Shown piece after piece: positions 1 to 9,588 of a DNA stretch of 64,000 bases; position 1 is the first letter of the stretch, and each line of letters begins with the position of its first letter. The stretch is from an uncultured virus (IMG/VR IMGVR_UViG_3300042691_055981) (Duplodnaviria > Heunggongvirae > Uroviricota > Caudoviricetes). Both the position numbers and the translations under genes were made by a program. Below the pieces are notes generated by a model. The model had not been told where the DNA came from, searched no databases, and saw only the letters and a program-made list of their open reading frames with translations. The stretch lies in IMG/VR virus record IMGVR_UViG_3300042691_055981; one strand, given 5' to 3'.

Positions 1-525
1 AGTAAGCGGCTCTGACATAAGTAAACCAACAACATCATCATCTTTAGCCACCGTGATTCTACCATTCCAATTCACAAATACAAAATAATCTACATTGGAA
101 TGTTCCATTAATGCACTGAGGATGATCTCTTCTTGAAACAAATGAATTGAGTTTTTAAAATCATCACTCAGCTGAAAGGGCTTCATTCGTTTCTTTTCTG
201 GATAATATTCGCGGCCTGTGAACTTCGAAAGTTGATCTGCGTAGGATGAAGCAAGAGTGTCTCCCCATTTAGATACAGCACGTCGGTCTACTTGATTGAA
301 TCCTTGACCGTTATATCTCTTGACTTGGAGATTCTTAGTAATAGCCCCATCTAAGCTCTTAATGATCAGATCGTGTTTTTGCCGGTCAACCACTTCAGCC
401 ACGGAGGAAAAAGGCATATCTATCATTTTGCAAAAGTCGCTTCTAAAATCAGGATTTGTGTTAAAGATTTCCTTGATGGATTCTTCTAAGGCAAATCCTG
501 ATTTAGCAATCTCAGATCCTGTCAT
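1..525 (-). CDS. HinP1I/MspI-like type II restriction endonuclease (3' end runs off the window; absent from the ORF track)
   Basis: Manual translation from ATG 525: MTGSEIAKSGFALEESIKEIFN...KHDLIIKSLDGAITKNLQVKRYNGQGFNQVDRR...LSKFTG, open to position 1. Matches the R.HinP1I pattern as I recall it (GS.TAK.GF.NE / K.D / N.QVK / GFNQID / FTG). Preceded by cgTATATT-N5-ATG. Confidence 0.8.
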   Translation of the reverse strand, partial: MTGSEIAKSGFALEESIKEIFNTNPDFRSDFCKMIDMPFSSVAEVVDRQKHDLIIKSLDGAITKNLQVKRYNGQGFNQVDRRAVSKWGDTLASSYADQLSKFTGREYYPEKKRMKPFQLSDDFKNSIHLFQEEIILSALMEHSNVDYFVFVNWNGRITVAKDDDVVGLLMSEPLT

Positions 526-542
526 GCTTTAATATACGCTGA

Positions 543-1007
543 TTAAAGCAAGCATTTTCCTATGATTTGGCTTTTATGAATTAAACCGAAATTTTTTGAA
601 TCAAAAGAGCCAGATCTGTTATCCCCTTCAACGAAGTAATAATTCTCGGGGATTTCCTTCAAAGATATTTTTTTGTTATTTTGTATGTGAAAGTTCAAAC
701 CAGCTTTTTCTGACGCAAGCATATAACTGGCTTCTTTATTCAAATTTTCGACATACTTTTCGCCACGCATAGCTGTAATTCTTTTAACAATGATTCCGTT
801 TTTCATTTTAATTACTATAATATCGTCTAGGAAAAGTGGATTGATTTCTTTCGTAGCAAGAACAAGTTGATTGTTCTTCAGAACGGGCTCCATAGAGCCG
901 CCTTGGACAACAACAAAAAAATCATTACTGGGCTTAGACACGCACAAGAATATGCAGATAGCAAAAAACAATCTGAGAAACCGCTTGAAATTATTAGATA
1001 GTTTCAT
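543..1007 (-). CDS. lepB: Signal peptidase I (S26)
   Basis: N-terminal TM segment, GGSMEP (Ser), IVKRI (Lys), YFVEGDNRSGSFDSK. Confidence 0.9.
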   Translation of the reverse strand: MKLSNNFKRFLRLFFAICIFLCVSKPSNDFFVVVQGGSMEPVLKNNQLVLATKEINPLFLDDIIVIKMKNGIIVKRITAMRGEKYVENLNKEASYMLASEKAGLNFHIQNNKKISLKEIPENYYFVEGDNRSGSFDSKNFGLIHKSQIIGKCLL

Positions 1008-1080
1008 TGTTTGTGCCCTTATATTATTTCTCTAAGGCTGGGCACAAACCTGGGGGAATTGTTAAGACAAAGTGAAGGTG

Positions 1081-1470
1081 TGGTGGAGGCGTCGGGGTTC
1101 GAACCCGATTGTTTTCGAATCAGCGTCTGGCTTCTACACAATTAGTTTATTTGTTACCGACTTTTGATCAATAAGCACAATTAAACAAAGCTTTATGATC
1201 TTGCATCTTGATTTTTATATCATACAAGATTTGATATTTTTCACCAGATTCATTTAAAGAAAATAGAACGCTACTGGTTCGCCTTCATATTTTCCAGACC
1301 GCTTAAGCAGTCATTGTAGCCGCACCATAGCCGAAGCCAGGATTGAATCTACGGGTTTTCTTTGATGTTTTTGCATCTATTTTTTGATCTTCTTTTTAAG
1401 TGGCCGGAAGATCAACCACTTTGTGCGACCTAGAGTCTGACATTCGAAAGTCGATACCAAACTCGCCCCC
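1081..1470 (-). ncRNA. ssrA: tmRNA (one-piece)
   Basis: 5' GGGGGCG pairs with 3' CGCCTCC-ACCA with a G3:U wobble (Ala identity). T-arm TCGGG-TTCGAAC-CCCGA. Tag ORF 1374-1303 after ATAGAT: AKTSKKTRRFNPGFGYGAATMTA*. cgTATAAT upstream at 1481-1488. Confidence 0.95.
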
Positions 1471-1521
1471 ATACAACTATATTATACGATTTTAAACGCG
1501 GAAAAACCTATTATTTGCAAT

Positions 1522-1869
1522 TTAATCACAATCTTGAGAAATCCATCTTCTCATTTGTAGATGGTCAAAAGCGTTTCTCAAGATGTCAACAGATAAATCA
1601 CAATCTGACATTGATCTGAACACCTTCTCAATGGCGTATAACGCATTTCCACGCTCGACAGAAGAATAATCTGCGGAAGCAACATCCGCTGAGAAATAAG
1701 CAACAGAAAAGCCCCTAGTGCCCTCTGCCAGATACTCCATCGCTAGGGTGATTATTGCCTGTGCTTCCTTTAGCGTGTTTCTGTATGTTCCTTGGTACAT
1801 ATTTTTCAATTCGCCAGAAACAAAAAAATTCCTCAGACCATTAAGATCTGAGGAACGCAATGCAATCAA
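1522..1869 (-). CDS. Hypothetical protein
   Basis: ORF fills the gap co-directionally with its neighbours; start uncertain. Confidence 0.5.
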   Translation of the reverse strand: MIALRSSDLNGLRNFFVSGELKNMYQGTYRNTLKEAQAIITLAMEYLAEGTRGFSVAYFSADVASADYSSVERGNALYAIEKVFRSMSDCDLSVDILRNAFDHLQMRRWISQDCD

Positions 1870-1878
1870 AAGTAATCG

Positions 1879-2325
1879 TTACTTACCGAATGGGATCGAG
1901 AATCCAAGACCAAATACATAGCCCCGGTTGCCATCCTGGAGTCGGAAGTTATCAGCAAGATTAAGACCCTTCATACCTCCGAAGAGAGTGAGCTTATATC
2001 CTGCGGTGTTAACTACATCATACGAAACTCCGAGTCCCATATATGCCTGCCGACTAATATCGTTTGGATCGAAAGCACCAATCGTGTTGAGCTTAAATCG
2101 GCCTTGAGTATTAGCAAAGGTATACAGAGGGAGGCTAAAAGCCGCGTAGTTGTCGAAACCATCTCGCAGATAGAGGAAGTTCAGGCTAGTGCTCGAAACA
2201 TCAACCGAAGTGGATTGAGCCGAGAACTGTCCTTGCTTCGTCTTTGGAGTGGTTGTGGTCGTCTGGCCCAGGGCAGTGCCGAGGAGAGCCATAACAGCGA
2301 TGAGAATCATAATAATTTTCTTCAT
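1879..2325 (-). CDS. Secreted, beta-strand-rich protein (small outer-membrane beta-barrel-like)
   Basis: Sec signal peptide MKKIIMILIAVMALLGTALG, alternating hydrophobic strands, C-terminal YVFGLGFSIPF; AAGGA RBS. Confidence 0.6.
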   Translation of the reverse strand: MKKIIMILIAVMALLGTALGQTTTTTPKTKQGQFSAQSTSVDVSSTSLNFLYLRDGFDNYAAFSLPLYTFANTQGRFKLNTIGAFDPNDISRQAYMGLGVSYDVVNTAGYKLTLFGGMKGLNLADNFRLQDGNRGYVFGLGFSIPFGK

Positions 2326-2339
2326 TTGTTTTCCTTAAT

Positions 2340-2900
2340 TTATTGTACGTTAAAAACTGCAAGAAATTGCGGATCAGCATTTTTTCTTAGCATTTTTTTT
2401 GCTCGGTGAATTTTTGTGCGAACCGTACCGATTGGTAATTCCATTTCTTCTGAAATCTCCAAATACGACTTGTCATCAATTAGATGGCACATAACTTCAC
2501 GCAAATCTTCTGGCAGATTGTTTATCATCGTAAACAGTTCGCCAACACTTTCTTTCTGAGCGTAGCTTCGGGCAATATCTGCTGAATTGTCAACAATATC
2601 ATACGTTTCAGATCCTTGTGTCTGGTGATCGAAATATTCAAGAGAATACACGTCAAGCTGTCGATTCTTATTTCTGACAGCATCAATGCTTGCATTTCTG
2701 ACAATAGAGGTCATCCAGTTAGTAAATTTCTTGCTCGGATCGTAAGAATTAAAATTTCTCCAAGCCTTTAGATAGGATACTTGAAGTACATCTTCTGCGG
2801 TTTCCTTGTTCCTGACTACGCTGTAAGCGATAGAATAGAGCTTGCCTTTAGATTCGGCAAACAATCTCTCAAATCTTTCTTTTTTATTTGTTAAGTCCAT
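2340..2900 (-). CDS. ECF-type RNA polymerase sigma factor
   Basis: AEDVLQVSYLKAW, FTNWMTSIVRN (region 2); SYLEISEEMELPIGTVRTKIHRAK (region 4.2). Start moved to ATG 2900 (cGATAAT-N6-ATG). Confidence 0.9.
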   Translation of the reverse strand: MDLTNKKERFERLFAESKGKLYSIAYSVVRNKETAEDVLQVSYLKAWRNFNSYDPSKKFTNWMTSIVRNASIDAVRNKNRQLDVYSLEYFDHQTQGSETYDIVDNSADIARSYAQKESVGELFTMINNLPEDLREVMCHLIDDKSYLEISEEMELPIGTVRTKIHRAKKMLRKNADPQFLAVFNVQ

Positions 2901-3012
2901 AATTACATTATCGTGTGTTTTCATACTTTTTCTCATTAACATAGATATCACAATCTTGATCAACCTATGTTAATGTATTTAGTATACCCGAATTTCGTGA
3001 AAGATGGAAAAA

Positions 3013-3540
3013 CTAGGCAACCGCTTGGACATCTTTGATGTCAAGTTCAACAATTGTGTCACGTCCGAAGACATTAACGTAAGCTTTAAGTTTACCTTTT
3101 GTTTCATCCACTGTGTCGATTTTAGCTGAGAAATCGGCAAATGGCCCAGCGATAATAGATACAATCTCGTTTGCCTTGAAATTAGACTTAGGTGCATCAT
3201 CAACAGACTCAAGTCGTTTCAGAATTGCCTTGATTTCATTGTCGGGCATTGGGCTTGGTCTTGAACCTGATCGAACAAATCCAAGAACACCATCTGTAGC
3301 ATACACCACTTGTTCCGTTTCCTTATCCAAAACCATCTTAACGAATAGATATCCGGGGAAAACCTTCTTATCGGCAATCACTCGCTTACCGCGTCTAGTG
3401 ATATATTCTTTTTCGGTGGGAATAAGAATATCGAAGATAACATTCTGCCACATATTGCTTTTAATAGCTCGTGCCAAAAGATTGTCTCTTGCTTTTCCTT
3501 CTTTGCCAGACATTACATGTAGACTATACCAATTTTCCAT
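3013..3540 (-). CDS. nusG: Transcription elongation/antitermination factor NusG
   Basis: WYSLHVMSGKE, VFPGYLFV, GVLGFV, KOW domain IIAGPFADF...VNVFGRDTIVEL. Confidence 0.95.
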   Translation of the reverse strand: MENWYSLHVMSGKEGKARDNLLARAIKSNMWQNVIFDILIPTEKEYITRRGKRVIADKKVFPGYLFVKMVLDKETEQVVYATDGVLGFVRSGSRPSPMPDNEIKAILKRLESVDDAPKSNFKANEIVSIIAGPFADFSAKIDTVDETKGKLKAYVNVFGRDTIVELDIKDVQAVA

Positions 3541-3547
3541 AATTGTA

Positions 3548-4240
3548 TTATACGAAAAATTCTCTCATCGTTTGCAATTTCTTTTTAATTTGCTTGTCTG
3601 TGATATTTCTTCTCGTTTCTGAAAATATTCGGGCAACTTTTGAAATTGAATAACCTTCTAGCAACAAACACACAATCTGTCTATCATCTTCAGATAGATT
3701 ATCAAGAGCAATGTTGAGCGTCACTTGATCGACAATATGATTTTCGCCCGATGTCTCAACATCTAGTAATTCATCTGAAATTATAACAGAATTAGGAGCA
3801 ATTAATGAATATTTTTTCTTAAAAGATTGAATATCGTTTTCATCTTTCAGATTGTGTTTTTGCTCGAATATTCTCTTCTTCTCTTCTGTAAACTTTCCAG
3901 CAAAATAAGATTTCACTTCTCTTAAATTACTCGGGCAAAGGACAAAAGATTCAGAGTCGTTTGTGCTTAATAGATGGAAATGTACAGTAGAGTACAAAAA
4001 TGTGGAAAGCTTCGCATCTGGGTTCGGCTTAAACCTTTTAAATGCAAGAATAGCACCCACAATGGCGTTTTGATAACAATCTTCGAAGATTGTGTTAGGG
4101 TGAGTGGATTGGTACTTGTAGGCCAATTTCTTTAAAAGACCGGAATGTCTTTCAAGTAGAGTTTCGAGAGCTTCGTTGTTGCCATTTGTGTAATCAGCAA
4201 TCAATTCAGCGTCAGTTTTAAGACGTGCTGTATGTTTCAT
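3548..4240 (-). CDS. Divergent sigma-70 family factor (phage-type)
   Basis: ALETLLERH..L, FEDCYQNAIVGAILAFKRF....KLSTF (region 2); ALDNLSEDDRQIV...GYSISKVA (region 4). Confidence 0.75.
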   Translation of the reverse strand: MKHTARLKTDAELIADYTNGNNEALETLLERHSGLLKKLAYKYQSTHPNTIFEDCYQNAIVGAILAFKRFKPNPDAKLSTFLYSTVHFHLLSTNDSESFVLCPSNLREVKSYFAGKFTEEKKRIFEQKHNLKDENDIQSFKKKYSLIAPNSVIISDELLDVETSGENHIVDQVTLNIALDNLSEDDRQIVCLLLEGYSISKVARIFSETRRNITDKQIKKKLQTMREFFV

Positions 4241-4302
4241 TTTTTCCTTGCTCAGATTGAATCTTGGATTCCTGGAGCTTTTATTTATTTCTGGAAAAAT
4301 GA

Positions 4303-4929
4303 TTAATTAACCTTCACTTTGACACCAGATTGTTCTAGTTCGTGTCTCATTTCTTTTGATAGATCTGGGAACCCTGTGAGTTTTAACCCATTGTCTTCTA
4401 TGATGATTTCGTAGCTTTGATTCATTAATTCTTCTTCTTTAATGTTCTTTTGCTTACCCCAGATAAACTTTTGGTTACTGCTACTCAAGAGGGAATCATA
4501 CACTCTTAGATCTTCTCTATATCGTCCAGAAACAATAACATCAATCAGTTCAACAATCTGATGATATTCGGGGATTTTTTCAAGTTCTTCTTCTGTGTAT
4601 CCTGAATAAATTAAAATTCCTTTGGGAAATGGATTACCATTTTTATATAAATACTGAATGAAATGGAGTAAGGAACTGGGCTGGACAAAGGGTTCCCCGC
4701 CGGAGATTGTTAAACCCGCAAGATTATGTGAGAGGATTTTGTCAGCTAAAGCTTCCACGTCTATTTTATTTTTAATCTTAAATGACCAAGACTCAGGGTT
4801 GAAACAACCCGAACATCCCAGGGGGCATCCCTGAAGATGGATCATATATCTATTACCAGGCCCATTTACTGTGGTAGGGAAAGTTTCCCCCATTAGATTA
4901 AAATAATGCACAATTAATTGTACATTCAT
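4303..4929 (-). CDS. Radical SAM protein, NrdG/organic-radical activase-like
   Basis: NGPG.R, QGCPLGCSGCFNP (CxxxCxxC), TISGGEPF, YSGY, SSNQ. Confidence 0.85.
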   Translation of the reverse strand: MNVQLIVHYFNLMGETFPTTVNGPGNRYMIHLQGCPLGCSGCFNPESWSFKIKNKIDVEALADKILSHNLAGLTISGGEPFVQPSSLLHFIQYLYKNGNPFPKGILIYSGYTEEELEKIPEYHQIVELIDVIVSGRYREDLRVYDSLLSSSNQKFIWGKQKNIKEEELMNQSYEIIIEDNGLKLTGFPDLSKEMRHELEQSGVKVKVN

Positions 4930-6122
4930 CCGGCTGTTTCAAAGGAAATCATTTTAGCATATTTGTCGCGTAAAGATTTCTTTTCTTCTTCTGGCAGCTT
5001 TTTAATTTGAGCGGGAGTAAATCCTAGCTTTGTGAAAAGTTTCTTTGAGAAAATATCAGTAAAATCAGAATTCACGTCATTCAATATTTGTTGCGTTTCT
5101 CTAAAAGCATCAGCTGGATTACCACCAGTGATTGTCGGCATAATTAGGCGGTTTCCTTCTGTCCCGGCCCTACCTAGTGACCTTTGATGAGATGTAGCCA
5201 AATCAGTGGGGACAATGACCACACGAACTTGATAACCTTCAACTAAGTTCCTTACCGCTTCATTTAGGATCATATCTGGCGAACCACCGACCATAGGCAC
5301 AACAATGTCGTTACCCTTGCTGAGTGCATCCTTTTGTATTTCGGGCTTCACTACGCTAACGGCATAAATCAAAGTGTTTTGAGATCCAGCACCGCCTTGA
5401 TAACCAATAAGATCTCTCTGGTATTCATCAGGGTCAACAAGAACACCATAGTTGGTCATTCTAACTGGATTATTGGCATCCCCACCTTCGGGCTCAATAT
5501 ATCTTGATTTTCCAGCACCTGGATAACCAATAAACAAAGTCACAGTCTGAGCCCCAGATGGTGTAGCGGTTGGTATCATGCCTTTATATTCTTCAGCCAC
5601 TTTCAAAGCCCATGTCTTTTTAGCCTCATTGTAGGTATTAAGAGGATTCCCGCCTTCAGACCCAAGATTAAATTGAGAAGAAACTACACTGAGATCTTTT
5701 TCTGAATTATAAATATCTCTTGCTTTTTCTTCAATTTTCCTGATCTTAAAAGCTTCGAAATCAGGTTCTCCAGATTCTTCAAATTTCTTTTCAAGCTGAG
5801 CGTAAAATTTAGGATCTTTCTCTAAAATAATGTTTTCAATTTTTTCAAAAGAATTACTAGCTCTCCAGGATTCATAGTTTGGAAATTGCTCGTTTTGAAA
5901 ATTCGAGTATTGTCTCAATTCATTTACATAATCACCCCAGATGTTTCCTAATTCTTCTGGGTTGTTATTTGGATTAAGTTTATTAGCTTGATCAATATAT
6001 TTTTGTCTAGCTTCGCTCAGACCGTGTGGTGTTTTGGCATTATATTCTCGCATCTTGAGAATATCTTCAATCTTCTGAGCGATTCTTTGCCTTAAATTAT
6101 ACCTGCTATATCGATACCACAC
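4926..6122 (-). CDS. Zeta-toxin-like P-loop kinase with N-terminal extension
   Basis: FIGYPGAGKS Walker A, VDPDEY, later R...R.(L)I pattern; GTG start MWYRYS. Confidence 0.65.
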   Translation of the reverse strand: MWYRYSRYNLRQRIAQKIEDILKMREYNAKTPHGLSEARQKYIDQANKLNPNNNPEELGNIWGDYVNELRQYSNFQNEQFPNYESWRASNSFEKIENIILEKDPKFYAQLEKKFEESGEPDFEAFKIRKIEEKARDIYNSEKDLSVVSSQFNLGSEGGNPLNTYNEAKKTWALKVAEEYKGMIPTATPSGAQTVTLFIGYPGAGKSRYIEPEGGDANNPVRMTNYGVLVDPDEYQRDLIGYQGGAGSQNTLIYAVSVVKPEIQKDALSKGNDIVVPMVGGSPDMILNEAVRNLVEGYQVRVVIVPTDLATSHQRSLGRAGTEGNRLIMPTITGGNPADAFRETQQILNDVNSDFTDIFSKKLFTKLGFTPAQIKKLPEEEKKSLRDKYAKMISFETAG

Positions 6123-6169
6123 AATCTGATTTTAAGAATTATGAGGCGAGATTCCTTTGTTTATCGTGT

Positions 6170-6844
6170 TTAAGTTGTTCTCTTATCAACACCTGTCTTA
6201 TTAGAAATCAATTTTGCGGTGAATCTTTTATATTCCGGCGAATTTCCCTGTGACATCCAAGGGTAACGGGCGGAGAGCTCATTAACAATATCAAGAAACT
6301 TTCTTTCAGGATTTTGCTGCTTCTTGTATTTGTATTGATTGTATGCTTCATTTACAGCTGGATCAAGCGTGGGGTTTAATCTATCTGTGTCGTAGATATC
6401 GTTGATATCTTTGTAGGGATCTTGTTGGAAATTTTTTGCCAAGGGATCAAAGTCCATAATTTTCGTATTTGGACCTTGAGGGAGATTTCCTTTTTGACCT
6501 TGCATTATAATATTAGTACCAAAGGGGATTGGTTTATTAATATCAACAACACCTACGGCTTTCAAATACGCTGCAACATCATTTGCAAATCTTGGGTTTG
6601 TTTTTAAAAGCTCGTTGTAAAGTTGGTCTGGTGTTTGCCTCTTTCCTATTGCATTTTGTATAGCTTGTTGAACTCTGTATGGGTCTGTTGTTAATTGCCC
6701 CGCGTCTTGTCTTTTATTATAATCTTCTACTCTTTGCTGAGCCATTCGAGCCATCGACTCAGTAACCTGATTTGCTTCTTTTTCAAAGCCATTAAGGTCA
6801 AGTTCATTAGCAATAGATGCCATTTTGATCAACAGTGCTTTCAT
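6170..6844 (-). CDS. Hypothetical phage protein with N-terminal 'IANELD..G...EA' motif
   Basis: Long ORF; AGG at -34. Confidence 0.6.
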   Translation of the reverse strand: MKALLIKMASIANELDLNGFEKEANQVTESMARMAQQRVEDYNKRQDAGQLTTDPYRVQQAIQNAIGKRQTPDQLYNELLKTNPRFANDVAAYLKAVGVVDINKPIPFGTNIIMQGQKGNLPQGPNTKIMDFDPLAKNFQQDPYKDINDIYDTDRLNPTLDPAVNEAYNQYKYKKQQNPERKFLDIVNELSARYPWMSQGNSPEYKRFTAKLISNKTGVDKRTT

Positions 6845-6896
6845 ACTATTAATTTACACAATCTGAAAAAGATTTCCTTTTATGTACAATTTTTTC

Positions 6897-7109
6897 ATGG
6901 ACATCGTGGTTAGTGTTATCAAGGACAATGAGAACGCTGAATATTGCGGGCAACTGTCAATAACTCAAATTAATTCCGAGTTTCTTTGTAAATATCACCT
7001 GGCAAACCAGACACAATCTGGAAAGGTGCTGACGGGAGATTTTAAAAGTAATTTTCAAAGCCTTTCTTCAATCATAGGGAAGCTTGAAGAAATTGTCAAC
7101 TCAAACTAG
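6897..7109 (+). CDS. Hypothetical protein
   Basis: TGTACAAT-N6-ATG places the start at 6897. Confidence 0.55.
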   Translation: MDIVVSVIKDNENAEYCGQLSITQINSEFLCKYHLANQTQSGKVLTGDFKSNFQSLSSIIGKLEEIVNSN

Positions 7110-7790
7110 GCACCATTTCTCCACACAATCTGGATAAAACTGAACAGATGTGAAGTTAGACTTAAGAATTAATAGCAGAGCTTTAAAATCCACAATTGAC
7201 AAAGAAGAATGGTAATTAGTGATAAAAGACTTTAAATCAAAGGCCTGGATTTGTTTTTGTTCAAAAAACTCCTGAAGATTATCTATTATCTCTGAAACAT
7301 AATGGCAATCACCAAATGTAGCTTCAAAATCAATTTTCTCCTTTAGATAGAGAAAGTGAGAATTAGGAACAAGGCTGGAGATGAAACCATATTTCTTAAC
7401 AAAATCTTGATTTAATTCAACTGATATGTTGTCATCGTAAATATACTTATCTTTATAATAACTTGGTTTTGACATTTTCACTTCTACATTTCCGTGATTG
7501 AATTTATCCAATCTAAATAATGTAGATTTGTTTTTTGACATTAGATCTAATCCAGATTGTGTATTGAGGTCACGATTAAAAACGCAAACAAAATCTGATA
7601 AATCAACAGATGTGCAATTATCGGGGAACCCACCAACGACATCAAACTGAGAAAGATCGAAATAATTTAGAGAGATATTATTTGGGATAATTGCACAAGA
7701 TTGTTTCGTGAGGGTTTTTAGGCAAATAAGCTCTTGCAGATTTAAATAAATCTCAAAAACATCACCAGAAACAATCCGATGATAAATCAT
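7101..7790 (-). CDS. Hypothetical protein
   Basis: 229 aa ORF coupled to the thyX stop (TAATG overlap). Confidence 0.6.
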   Translation of the reverse strand: MIYHRIVSGDVFEIYLNLQELICLKTLTKQSCAIIPNNISLNYFDLSQFDVVGGFPDNCTSVDLSDFVCVFNRDLNTQSGLDLMSKNKSTLFRLDKFNHGNVEVKMSKPSYYKDKYIYDDNISVELNQDFVKKYGFISSLVPNSHFLYLKEKIDFEATFGDCHYVSEIIDNLQEFFEQKQIQAFDLKSFITNYHSSLSIVDFKALLLILKSNFTSVQFYPDCVEKWCLV

Positions 7791-8662
7791 TAATTACCCT
7801 GGTATTCGCCAGGGAATGTTTTCCTTAGCTGAGTGAACCCAACAAAATTACCCGAAATAATTTCTTCTGATTCAGCTCTGGCAATATGCTCGAAAGGTGA
7901 CCAATGGCCCGTTCCACTTCCGTTGGTGAGCCTATCATAGAGCTCAAGGTCTTTATCTATACTCCTAACTCCATCATGAGTTAGATATGAAACGCGAGCA
8001 CAACGGGCCACACTGATGGATTTTCTTGTCTCTAAATCTAACCCAAGTTCGTCTGGTTGTATGTATGGGATATGCCATTCGCCATCAGCAAGCTCCTTGG
8101 GTGTAGAATTATTGTATGCCTCTTTCATCATATAAGCAAGGTGTTGTATTTCTGGCTGAGCATCAGGATGGCACCTCAAAGCAAAAAAGTTGTCATAATC
8201 AGTGGCTGTAATAATAACCGTAATCCACATCCAGGGCTCCAAAACTCTATTAACCACCTGCTTGTGTAAGTCAAGCTTGATAGCTTCAGGGTCGTCATCA
8301 GAACAAACTTCTCCTGAGTTTTTATTCACGGAAACAAGGCCGCCTAATTTCTGTGCGGCGACAATCATCTGCCTTGAGGCTTCCAACCAGATTTTTTCAG
8401 CGAGAAAAGTGAGTGCGGTTTCCTCACCCGCTTGCATACCAGATTTCGCAGTTCCCCAATAAACGGGCATCACAGGATTTATTGCAATATTTTCAATCAT
8501 TTTTTTGATTGGGATAGCCCTTGAACTTGCAGAATTTCTTGATTTAGTTCTGTGAGTCATAAGCTCTGAGTGAACAAACCGAGGATATCTTACCTCCATT
8601 GTGGTACATCGCTTGCCGGATGGGGCGACAGAATCTTCAATAATCTTCACATAATAACTCAT
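7790..8662 (-). CDS. thyX: FAD-dependent thymidylate synthase (phage-type ThyX)
   Basis: RFVHSELMTHR, SRNSASSRAIP, FFALRCHPDAQPEI, ARCARVSY, HWSPFEH. Confidence 0.85.
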   Translation of the reverse strand: MSYYVKIIEDSVAPSGKRCTTMEVRYPRFVHSELMTHRTKSRNSASSRAIPIKKMIENIAINPVMPVYWGTAKSGMQAGEETALTFLAEKIWLEASRQMIVAAQKLGGLVSVNKNSGEVCSDDDPEAIKLDLHKQVVNRVLEPWMWITVIITATDYDNFFALRCHPDAQPEIQHLAYMMKEAYNNSTPKELADGEWHIPYIQPDELGLDLETRKSISVARCARVSYLTHDGVRSIDKDLELYDRLTNGSGTGHWSPFEHIARAESEEIISGNFVGFTQLRKTFPGEYQGN

Positions 8663-8707
8663 ACTAATATTATACGGGGAAAATGATTAAAGCTGCAAAT
8701 TATAAAC

Positions 8708-8737
8708 AAAAAAACCACGCTAAAAAAGCGTGGTTTT
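8708..8737 (-). terminator. Rho-independent terminator
   Basis: AAAACCACGC-N7-GCGTGGTTTT hairpin followed by a U-run on the minus strand. Confidence 0.75.
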
Positions 8738-8757
8738 AAACAATGCCATCAATTCAA

Positions 8758-9261
8758 TTAGCGATTATCTTCCACTTCTCCGATAAATGAGTTTTTCATT
8801 TTAAAATTGGGCACATGAACCAATTCTTCAGTCTTAGCAACATCAACAAAAGCCAACACTGGAATCAATTGTTTTCCAGTAACCTTGTCAACAATAGAAT
8901 CGTTGTTTACGATTTCATAGTTCTCACAATCAAGCACGAAATAGCATTCCACTTCACTTGTTTTTGTATCAGATTTCAAGCTAGGAGGTGGAACTTGTGA
9001 AAATTGATTCGGAGATTGAGCTGGGGCAGAAGCCTCTCCACGCTGTAGAATCTCTTTCATTCTCGGGTTATCCTTCTGTGCTTCCACCGTGGTGATAATA
9101 AAATCAAGCAATGCTTCCCCAGAGCCCACTTCGTTCTTCAAGAATTGAGAGGCGTCTTTAAAGTTGGGGAAAACCAAAAGTTGCTCGTTATCATCTACCG
9201 CAAAGTCAAGAAATTGGATATTATCCACAGATACTTTTTTGGCAATACAAATTTTGTCCAT
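8758..9261 (-). CDS. Hypothetical protein
   Basis: Start moved to ATG 9261 (tgTATAAA-N6-ATG). Confidence 0.6.
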   Translation of the reverse strand: MDKICIAKKVSVDNIQFLDFAVDDNEQLLVFPNFKDASQFLKNEVGSGEALLDFIITTVEAQKDNPRMKEILQRGEASAPAQSPNQFSQVPPPSLKSDTKTSEVECYFVLDCENYEIVNNDSIVDKVTGKQLIPVLAFVDVAKTEELVHVPNFKMKNSFIGEVEDNR

Positions 9262-9277
9262 AGTTGATTTATACAAA

Positions 9278-9565
9278 TTATTCGAGGGGTTTATAGAATC
9301 TTTTCTTTTTATCTCTGATATTATTTGGTAAAGTGCTGAGAACAAATTTAGTGAAATTGAATGAAAGATCGTTTTGGGTGTTATAATTCAAAACACAATC
9401 TTTATTCAGCATCATAAGATAACAATCAAAAATCTCTCGTTGATTACTAAAAAAATAAACACTTTCTAATTGATCGATCCATTTTAGATGCCCATCTTGT
9501 TGTTTTCTAAAATGGATAGGCAATGGAATGTAAATAATATTTCTGTCTTTCTGAAACGATTCCAC
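9278..9565 (-). CDS. Hypothetical protein
   Basis: In-frame GTG 7 nt after the minus-strand TACAAT of a bidirectional palindrome. Confidence 0.5.
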   Translation of the reverse strand: MESFQKDRNIIYIPLPIHFRKQQDGHLKWIDQLESVYFFSNQREIFDCYLMMLNKDCVLNYNTQNDLSFNFTKFVLSTLPNNIRDKKKRFYKPLE

Positions 9566-9572
9566 ACTCCAA

Positions 9573-9582
9573 ATTGTACAAT
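9573..9582. promoter_or_regulatory. Bidirectional -10 palindrome ATTGTACAAT
   Basis: ATG 9589 at +6 on plus; GTG 9565 at +7 on minus. Confidence 0.7.
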
Positions 9583-9588
9583 TCAAAT

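Noticed and set aside
320..532. Plus-strand 70 aa ORF and other short antisense ORFs in the track (e.g. 3113-3622, 53315-53752, 48480-49010)
   Set aside because: They are shadows of well-supported genes on the opposite strand or in another frame.
1081..1110. tRNA gene (T-arm plus CCA)
   Set aside because: It is the 3' end of the tmRNA: the acceptor partner lies ~390 nt away and a tag ORF lies between.
4926..6844. Epsilon-zeta toxin-antitoxin pair
   Set aside because: The upstream gene does not resemble an epsilon antitoxin, and each gene has its own AGG(-34) promoter.
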